From Phaeosaccion multiseriatum (Eukaryota > Protista > Ochrophyta, other classes): a stretch of 64,000 bases of DNA. The first letter of the stretch is position 1. Every line of letters starts with the position of its first letter. The position numbers and the translations under genes are program-made. Positions 52,001 to 60,991 of the stretch are shown piece by piece. The stretch spans positions 1,674,001-1,738,000 of the forward strand of contig OZ218951.1 in the NCBI GenBank assembly GCA_965112735.1, in the 5' to 3' direction. The notes under the pieces were generated by a model. The model was not told the origin of the DNA. It searched no databases and saw only the letters and a list, made by a program, of their open reading frames with translations.

Positions 52001-52713
52001 ACCACCCGCTCCGCCAGGTGCGGCGGCTGCTGCGGCTGCTGCTGCTCTCCTCTGTGCTTCCTCCTCTTCCCCATCTTCCCCGTCTTCCTCCTCTTCCCCC
52101 TCCGGTGGAGCAAATGCTGTCCTGAAGTCAGGGTCCAGAAGCTCCGGGTGCTTGCGGAAGAGGTATCGGATCAGCATCGTGGAGGCGCATGCATATCCAC
52201 TTCTCGAGCGTGGGGCGATGGTGTTGTTTCGGGGGTTCTGAATCTGCTGCTGCTCTGCAGTAAGCGGTGCTTCTTCCCCCTCTGCTGCTGGTGCTTCCGG
52301 AACCGTAGCAACAGCGACGTCAGCCATGGTATACTCTGTTCTCCTGCAAATTCACGTGGGAGATGCCCCTCCCACCACTGGCATCAGCTGTTACAGCCGG
52401 GTATCGTCCGCGCAGCCGCTGCTCCTCTTACATAGCTGCACTGTGCAAATATGCTGATGCTGTGAATGAAATAAACTCCACGTGGGGAGGGGGGGGAGAA
52501 TGCCCCACAACCAAAAAATATTGGATAAAAAACTTGAAAAACGAGCATTTATGGCCCATAAAATATCCAAAACAATTATTTCGTGGGGCAGGTGCCCCAC
52601 TTCACGGTACTATTAGACATACGGACTACAGAGAACTATTGCTAGTTATTCCTCCTGTACGTGACACTGATCGTTTCAGGCTCTATCTCACTTTACCAAC
52701 CTCCTCCACTATA
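49032..52713 (-). mobile_element. Crypton-type tyrosine-recombinase DNA transposon (CryptonS-like); exact ends uncertain
   Basis: Encodes a YR, has no long TIR, has AT-rich subterminal regions with palindromic motifs, and is absent from the paralogous site. Confidence 0.85.
49279..52327 (-). CDS. Crypton tyrosine recombinase, 965 aa (exons 52327-51571 and 51419-49279; intron 51570-51420)
   Basis: GKAPMPFALYRALAK|AML, SWNLMCR (R), KGDQ (K), RHVYANP..PEICPVLAL, GTHSGRKGAAS (HxxR), MGW...VQGIY (W, Y). Followed by a GCR1_C-like region (FEVPSFTVRAAWDAWM.G) and a C-terminal C4HC3 finger. Confidence 0.9.
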
Positions 52714-52749
52714 GATCCACCATAATGTATTCTCCTTCACCATAGACAC

Positions 52750-53817
52750 ATGTCTGCGTGCGTGCTGGCGTGCCGCGAAGAGGCGGCCGCGACCTTCGGC
52801 CGTACGAGCCAGAGCGAAGGCGTGTGCGATGAAGCTACTGGGATTTGCTCCGGCTGTGGGGACGGATTCTACGACAAAAACATCTTAGGAGAGAGTGCTT
52901 GTGTGGCCAAGGCGTACCTTGATGTTCCCGAGATGGTACTTCTAATCGCATGTGCAGTGCACTTGGTCGATGTGATGTACGTCCTCGGCAGGCATGTGTG
53001 GCGTAGGGGAGGGGTGAAGGCACTGCTGAAGGAGACTAAGACGGGTGTAGCGCAAACCAGACTGATAGGGGCAGTGCTTTGCTTGCTCTGTACCACGACA
53101 TTCTTGCTCATCTCTGTCGGAAGGTTCTCCAGTGGGACAGGGCCGCTGGACAACTCACTGGCCTGGTGTTTAGGTGGTATCGCTACGTGGTGCTGCATAG
53201 GAAACCAATGGCTGGTTCTTCGTCTGTGGCTTGCCGCCTTACCGCGGAGGCTTCTGTCTGGCGCGCCTACCGCACTTCGGCTTCGGAACTTTGTGGAGAG
53301 GCGGTTTTGGCTGATCTCCGCTGCTCTGGCCTTCGCAGGGACGTCGGGTTCCGTTGTACTGATTTTTCTCCCAGGCTACTTAACCTACTGGATCGAGTGC
53401 GTCATTGCGCTGCCCGGTGTCCATGCAGTTGATGGGGCCATTGTAGTGGCAACGACCAGCCTGCTGGACATGTTTAAGATGATGCCCGTGCTATCGCTAG
53501 ACTTGCGCAAGATCAAGACGCAGTGTCGGTTGATGAGGGCTTTCACGCTCACTGTCTGGGTTGGAAGTCTCGTTTTACCTCTCACCCTCGTTGATCCGAT
53601 GAGTACGTGGATGCTGCAGCGACCCTCTACTGTCATGGTATTCGTCAGGGTAGTCTGCCTGGAATGGGAGCTGACAGTGTTCTACTTCGTTTTCCGAGGG
53701 ACGTTCACTCGAAGACATTCTTCGGGCGACACCCTCCATAGTCATTGGAGCGCTGCAAGTACTGGAGCTTTTCTTAAGAGTTGTAAGGTTCTTCCAGTGA
53801 ATGACGTGCCAGGTTAG
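52750..53817 (+). CDS. Intronless 355-aa EGF-like + 7TM protein, copy 2
   Basis: Paralogue of 39068-40135 with the same length and about 30 aa differences. Confidence 0.75.
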   Translation: MSACVLACREEAAATFGRTSQSEGVCDEATGICSGCGDGFYDKNILGESACVAKAYLDVPEMVLLIACAVHLVDVMYVLGRHVWRRGGVKALLKETKTGVAQTRLIGAVLCLLCTTTFLLISVGRFSSGTGPLDNSLAWCLGGIATWCCIGNQWLVLRLWLAALPRRLLSGAPTALRLRNFVERRFWLISAALAFAGTSGSVVLIFLPGYLTYWIECVIALPGVHAVDGAIVVATTSLLDMFKMMPVLSLDLRKIKTQCRLMRAFTLTVWVGSLVLPLTLVDPMSTWMLQRPSTVMVFVRVVCLEWELTVFYFVFRGTFTRRHSSGDTLHSHWSAASTGAFLKSCKVLPVNDVPG

Positions 53818-54044
53818 GCGCTCGTCAACGTGCGACCTCTACTTGAGAGGTGCGACCTGTCCTTTAATGAAGAGATGGTCTTCACTCCGCGTTTGGCCCT
53901 GCGTCGGTGTGCTGCTGTGGCACTCGTTACCTTGCTAGCCCGGAGGGAAGAGCGAGGAAGCGCCGATGCCCAAAGGGCACGTAAGACGAGAGCAGGAGGA
54001 ATCATCCGCTGAGCCATCACGATGCATGCTCCCCAAGCAGAGTC

Positions 54045-54235
54045 TCGGCCCCTGACAAGGTTCTGAGGCGACCCAGGCCAGAACCTGGCCGGAACCTGGC
54101 CCGCTGGCGAGGCTTGGCAGAGCAGCCTTGGCACTCATCATTGCCTTCTTACATGGCTTTCCCCCAGAACCTGCAACCTGGGGGGATGGTCAGAACCTGG
54201 AACCTGGGTCGCCTCAGAACCTTGTCAAGGGCCGA
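54045..54235. mobile_element. MITE, 191 bp, 6-bp TSD AGAGTC
   Basis: 33-bp TIR TCGGCCC(C/T)TGACAAGGTTCTGAGGCGACCCAGG. The paralogous empty site at ~40357 has a single AGAGTC. Confidence 0.93.
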
Positions 54236-54339
54236 AGAGTCAGCAGCAGCTGGGTATGACAAGCACAAGAAGGAGAAGACAGGCAGGCAGGCTCGGGGCA
54301 GGGGAGGGGAGACGGGGAAGAGTAGAAGGGCCCCACCAG

Positions 54340-54454
54340 TCGACCCCTGACACGCTATCCGCTATCCGCTATCGCCGGCGCGCTATCCGCTATCCGCTAT
54401 CACCGGCGCGCTATCCGCTATCGAGAAAGTGGCCGATAGCGTGTCAGGGGTCGA
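54340..54454. mobile_element. MITE, 115 bp
   Basis: Perfect 20-bp TIR TCGACCCCTGACACGCTATC and internal CGCTATC repeats. Absent at the paralogous site ~40463. Target duplication imprecise (CCACCAG ... CAG CCACCAG). Confidence 0.88.
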
Positions 54455-54821
54455 CAGCCACCAGTACCGCTTCCCCGTGCTCACGATGGGCAAGACCGCC
54501 CGGCCAGTGGAGCAGGACCGTGCTTTCCCTTTGCACCCCACCGTAGAAGCGGCCGGAGCAGGTGCTGCGGACAGCCTACAACCCATCGAGAGGACTGGCA
54601 CGCTTTCAAGCTGTGTGGAAGAGAGGAGGAAATTTTATTTTCTCCTGTTTATTATTCCCTGTAACGGCTGTAACGGCTGTAACGTCCAAATGCATTTGGC
54701 GTTTCGCCCTCCTCTCGATCGATCCCTCCCCACAACCCCTCGGCCGGCTATCTACAGCACCTCACCCTTCTTTGGCTGCTGGAGGTCTCGGCATTGCGAG
54801 GTATAGCTGTAAGGAAGAAAC

Positions 54822-57710
54822 ATGAAGGTGTCGAACGGGGTAAGGGCAGCAGCGTTGCTGGGCGCCGCCTCCCTGCTGTCGCTCTTCTGGCCCCTGCACG
54901 CTACGTCCCTCTGGGTTGGGAGCGAGCTGAAGGTACTCCCGTGCGACGGAGACGTCGTGCTTGAGAATGGCCTTCCCTTGTCCGCTCAGTGCAACGCTCC
55001 TCAAGGGGATACTCTGGCAGGCACGAGCATTAATGGGGATAAGCAGGTTTCCATCGTCGAAGTAAGCATTGGTAAGAAACCTGCCTTCATTCCTTCTGAG
55101 ATGCGGCCTTCCTGTGTCCGCACCGCTGCTGCTTGAACCGCTGCGGGTGCTGCACACTCTCCTCCCCCCCCCAAAGCCGAGCTCCCCCCCCCCGATTGTT
55201 TCCCCCACCCGCCCCCCGAGCGAGTCGCTCTAAAAATTGTTTCCCCCTTTTCTCCTTTCGTCTACCTCTGCACGATCAGGCTGCCTGGATCCCGCTGTAC
55301 TAAACGAGGACCATGAAGTCTTCTGGACGATCCAGCTCGGCCCCAAAGAAGCCATCGTGGCGACAAAGATCAGTCTTCAAGTGGGAACGGAGGGACGAAT
55401 GGTAAGGGCAGAGTGGGTTGGCTGGGGGACACTTCTTTTGGCTCACTAGTGCTTGTCTCGTTGCTTCTCGACCCAACCCACCCATTCTGTTCTTGCTCGA
55501 ACAATGTCGCCCTTGTCACCCACGCCTTTTCCTCATCTCTTTTTTCCTCACTGTAACCGCCCCCCCTCCCCCGCATCCCCCCCCCACTCTTCCGCTACCC
55601 TTCTCTCTCCCCTTTCTTCTGCCCATTTGCCTGCGATTTAGACGTGGACGGGTGCCATCGTCGACGAGTTTGGCGGTTTCGTCACGATCACGTGGTCCCC
55701 CGACGGCAAATCCGACAACTTCTTCCTCAACGTCAAGAGGGCCGTGGGCACGCAGCCCGAGGGGCAGCTGCAAAAGGTCGTCGAGGTTGAGTCTCGCTTG
55801 ACAGGGGGGATCTGCGGTCAAAACGGATACGTAAGTGGAACGGACTAACTGGTCGAGGGGGAGTAGGAGGGGGAGGAGGCCTCATTACCCAAGTCGTATG
55901 TATGTGTGCTCGTGCGGCTATGCTGTACCGCGGTGTCCCTCTTATGAGGCTGCCATCCGCTGCCGTCCGCTTTTGTCTTGGCCACGGAGCATGTGTAATT
56001 GAGTGCGTAGCACACTGCCGCGTAGCGCTTTCCTGCCTTTTTGAATGCGTAGATGTAACTTACCCTTCCTTCCCCCCAACTCCCTCCCTCCCTCCCTTCG
56101 CAGCACGAAATCGCTCTGGTGCACGTCCTCAAAGGCCTCCCTACCGAAGAGGGCATCGCAACACAAGACGTCGAAGAAGAGAACAACCACTCCCGACACC
56201 TCGCCAGTCTCAGCGCAGAGCAGAGAGTGGCCAGGGACGAGTTCGACGCCGATATCGAGGAGCTCCGGGCCTATCTGCAGGCAGAGGCGGGCAGTGACGT
56301 TCATGAAGACTTCCATGCCCGGGGGGGGCGCCGCCTGACGGGTGCGTCGCCCCATCCCGCGGATCAGGGCAAGATTATCATGCCCTCGGGACGGCGGCTA
56401 GACGACGGCTCTATACTCGACGTGATGATTGTGTGGACGTCCAAGGCCGAAGCACAGTGAGTGTGTGTGTGTGTGCGTGTGTGAGTGTGAGTGTGAGTGT
56501 GAGTGTGTGTGTGTATGTGCATATTTTTTTTTGTACACGTATGTGCATATAAATGTATGTGTATGTGAATTCATATACACACATATATATATATATATTA
56601 TATATATATATGTGTGTGTGTGTCTGCCGATACAGCCCCCCGTGGTGTTTCTCTCTCCCCTCTCCCCATCGCCCACTCGCTTGCCCCCTCCTCGCCTCAC
56701 CTGGCTCGTTTATACTTGTGCTCACCCCCACCACCTCCCTGTCCCCCCCCCCCCCCCCCCTCCCTCCCTCCCTCCCTCCCTCCCTCCCTCCCTCCCTCCC
56801 TCCCTCCCTCCCTCCCTCCCTCCCTCCCTCCCTCCCTCCCTCCCTCGTCCACCCCCGAACACAAAACAACAACGAAAATAGCTACTCCGCCGGCAACGCA
56901 GCCCAAATGCGTGCTCGCCTCGACGCGGGTATCGCGCAATTCAACGACGCCCTGACTGTCAGCGACGTACAGATGCAAGTTCGACTCGTACACTCCGAGC
57001 AAGTCCCCTTCACGGAGAGTTCTTCCCTCGGAGATGCTCTCAATGCGCTCCGATCGGGCGGGGAGTACGGCCAAGGCGGCTGCGGTCCAGTGCAAGCCCT
57101 AATCAACGAGTACAAGCCTGACGTCGTTCAACTTGTTGTAGACGGCTCCGGCGCAGGGGTTGGGTGGGTGCTGTCGCCAAGCTCCAGCACCAGCTGGCCT
57201 TACCATTATAATGTGGTGGACATTGACGCCTTTGGACAGTACAGCAACATTCACGAATTCGGACATAATTTGGGATGTAAGTAGAGCGAGGAGGGGGTGG
57301 GGAAGGGTGTGTGTATGTTTTCTGTGTGTACGCGTGTACGTACGTGTGTTTTTGTGTGTGCATGCGTGTGTATGTGTGTGTGCGCGCGTGTGTGTGCGTG
57401 TGCGCGTGTGTGTGTGAGAGAGAAGGTGACTCACCTTCTCCTCCTTTGCGGACGAGGATAGTGCGGGCAGAGGGCCTGGCACTGCTGCATTCGGTAGTGT
57501 ATGGGTATGCCTCGCCTCCGAGCCTCTCCCCTCTCTCTACCACCGCCACTCTCTCTCCTCACAGCAAAGTCCTGGACACGTACACATACATCCCTCTCCT
57601 GAGCTGCTTCTCCTCCTGCATTCCACTTCCTTCCCGCCCCCTCCGCACAACAACAAACAAAAACTTGTCCATGCAAACACTCTCACACACACGCGCGCGC
57701 ACACACGCAC

Positions 57711-57789
<79 letters not shown>

Positions 57790-58759
57790 CATGCACGATC
57801 CCGACAACGCCAACTCCGGCTACAAGGACTACGGTTTCGGAATGCGCTACTGCAACAACGACTGCACCCCCACCCAGACATCGGCCCAATGCGCCAACAA
57901 CCAGCCCTACCGCACCATCATGGCGTACCCTTGCGTCGGTAGTCGCCATCCTGTGTTCTCGGACCCGACCAGCACCTACCTCGGACGTCCTCAGGGCACG
58001 GCCACACAGGACAATGCCCGTGTCATCAACGACTCGAGAGCAGTGACCACAAACTTTGAGCAAAGCATATATGGAACGGGACCTGCTCCCGTCCCGGCTC
58101 CATCGACGCCTCCTCCAGTCCCAGCTGCGCCGCGCACGATAGCCACGAGCCCTCCTACCAACCCGCCTACTCCTCAGCCTACCAACCCACCCACCAACCC
58201 ACCCACCAACCCACCCACCAACCCACCCACCAACCCACCCACTAACCCACCCACCAACCCACCCACCAACCCACCCACCAACCCACCCACTAACCCACCC
58301 ACCAACCCACCCACCAACCCACCCACCAACCCACCCACCAACCCACCCACCAACCCACCCACCAACCCACCCACCAACCCACCCACCAACCCACCCACCA
58401 ACCCGCCCACCAACCCACCCACCAACCCACCCACCAACCCACCCACCAACCCGCCCACCAACCCACCCACCAACCCACCCACCAACCCACCCACCAACCC
58501 ACCCACCCACCCACCCACCAATCCACCTACCGCCCCTCCTACTGCTCCTCCTACCGACCAACCCACGCCCCCCCCAAGCATCACCATCGTCCAAGCACCT
58601 CCAAACACGCCGAGCGGAAACCCCAACAGCGTCGTCGTGAAGGAGGGGTGCGTCGGAGTGGGCGGCTGTGGAGAGAACGGACAGACGTGTGTGGCAGACA
58701 GGGCGTGCCCAGACAGGCTAGGGTGCATCATGCACGAAGGGGAGAGCTTGTGCAGGTGC

Positions 58760-58794
<35 letters not shown>

Positions 58795-59489
58795 CGAGTG
58801 TGTGTGGTGGGAAGGGGGGGGGGTGGACGCCTTTCCTTTCCATGCCTTTCCTCATCCTTGCCTTTCTTTCCTTACCTTACCCTACCCTTACCGTTTCGTT
58901 TCCACCACCTCACCCCCTCCCACCCACGCACACACACGTTCCGTAACTATACTTACCCCCCAGGTACTGCGGCTTTGATCACTACAATCCCTGTGATGAC
59001 GACACCGAATCCCCTGCCGTAGTGCTTCCCCGCCCCATGCCGCGCCCCCTGCCCGTGTGTGCGGCTGCCTGGGAGCAGTGCGGCAGCAAGTCTTGGGCCT
59101 TCACGGGACCCAATTGCTGCGAGGAGGGCTCCACATGCGTGCGTAACACCAAGTGGTACAGCCAGTGTATACCCGATGACGCCTACACCCCCACTGAAAC
59201 TCAAACTGCATCCTGCAGCCCCGTCCTGGGTCAGTGTGGAGGGCGCAAGTGGGACGGCCCTACGTCGTGCTGTGGCGCCACAGAGGACGGCGAGGAGCAG
59301 GCGGAGTGTGTGAAACTGTCCAAGTGGTACTCACAGTGCCAGACCACCAACGCGCCTAGTGAGGACATGTGCGCTGGTCCTAACCTTCAGTGCGGCGGAC
59401 AACACTACACGGGGCCGCACTGCTGCCAGGACGGGCTTGAGTGCGTCTTCAAGAGGAAGAAGGTCTCCAAGTGCAAGGCGGTGGCTTGA
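54822..59489 (+). CDS. Secreted metzincin (M12B/reprolysin-like) metallopeptidase with (PPTN)n linker, Cys-rich module and 3 CBM1 domains; multi-exon
   Basis: Signal peptide [35 protein letters not shown]; intron-split HEFGHNLG|CMHD; Met-turn YRTIMAY; VFSDP...DNARVIN. PTNP repeat 58155-58520. Three QCG(G/S)....GP..CC..C......YSQC-type modules. Confidence 0.9.
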
Positions 59490-59560
59490 AGCAAGTGTCA
59501 AGCGTGTCAAGGTCAAGGGGCTTGAAGTCACAAAGCAAGTGCAACGAGGGGGCATTTAGT

Positions 59561-59680
59561 GTGTCAAGCGAGTCAAGCGTGTGGTGTCAAGCATGTTGTG
59601 TCAAGCGTGTGGTGTCAAGCGTGTGGTGTCAAGCGTGTGGTGTCAAGCGTGTGGTGTCAAGCGTGTGATGTCAAGCGTGT
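59561..59680. repeat. 14-bp tandem repeat GTGTCAAGCGTGTG, about 8 units
   Basis: Visible just downstream of the peptidase stop codon. Confidence 0.9.
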
Positions 59681-60497
59681 AGAGGTTCTGAAGGGACCAT
59701 GGCGTCACAAGGGCCAGCAATCGGGTAGTAGGAAGGGTGGGAAGGAGCGGTACGCGGCTCAGTGAAGTGGACAGGCAAGTGAAGCCTTTAAGGCCCACTA
59801 GCGAAGCCTGCGAATGCCTTACTGATATACCCCGTGCTGTGTTGCGTTCCCTTGGAGGGGCACTCACGCACGCACGCACGCACATGCACACACACCTGCG
59901 TAGGGAGTGAGTATCTGTTGTATCTGTTTGCTAGGATCATCCCATGCTGTTTCGATTTTCATCTGTTGTGTTTGTTGGTTGGGTAATCCCATCCCCCTCT
60001 GTTTGCGTATCAGTTTGTCGGTTTGGGTTATCCCCTTGGCAAGGGGAAGGGTGTGGTTCTTCAACCAAATAGGGGGAGCAAGCAAGTAAGCAAGCACGCA
60101 AGCAAGCAAACAAGCAAGCACAGCATGCAAAACCAGCAGGCCAAACCAGCAGGCAACCAAGCCTGCAACATCAGGGCACGCCTTGGTATTCTCTCTCTGC
60201 TTAGCATTAAGCTTAGCAAATCAAATCACAAAAATGCCTTTTTCCTTTTACTCCCTCCATCCTTCTACGATGTAGTATTGAATGGTTGGCTTTCACGTGG
60301 GCGTGTGGGCGTGTGCGCGTGTGCGCGTGTGTGCGTGTGTGCGTGTGCGCGTGCGTGTGCATGCGTGTGTACGTGCGTGTGTGCGTGTGTGTGCGTGCGT
60401 GCGTGCGTGCGTGCATGTTTGCGTATGGCTCAGACTTCCTGCGAGCGGAGCCTACATACAGAACATACAAACGCCTATCGATCGATAGTTCGATATA

Positions 60498-60860
60498 TGG
60501 ATGGATGGATGGATGGATGGATGGATGGATGGATGGATGGAAGGATGGAAGGATGGAAGGATGGATGGATGGATGGAAGGATGGATGGATGGATGGATGG
60601 ATGGATGGATGGATGGATGGATGGATGGATGGATGGATGGATGGATGGATGGATGGATGGATGGATGGATGGATGGATGGATGGATGGATGGATGGATGG
60701 ATGGATGGATGGATGGATGGATGGATGGATGGATGGATGGATGGATGGATGGATGGATGGATGGATGGATGGATGGATGGATGGATGGATGGATGGATGG
60801 ATGGATGGATGGATGGATGGATGGATGGATGGATGGATGGATGGATGGACGGATGCATAG
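60498..60860. repeat. (GATG)n microsatellite
   Basis: Directly visible. Confidence 0.97.
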
Positions 60861-60991
60861 ATGGAAAGAGAGATGGGTGCAAGGATAGATGGATGGATGT
60901 GTAGATAGATATGTATATTAGATAGATAGGGAAGCGTCGCCACCTCACTACGTTGGGCCCCCATGTACGGCTGATACCACAGGAGGGCTGC

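Larger units (their letters stand above)
35043..54625. repeat. Tandem segmental duplication: unit 1 35043-40702; unit 2 40703-~54625 (includes ~8.3-kb insertion)
   Basis: Both units start CGAGGACTGAAGGCGATACA and carry colinear, near-identical hydrolase and 7TM genes. Confidence 0.95.
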
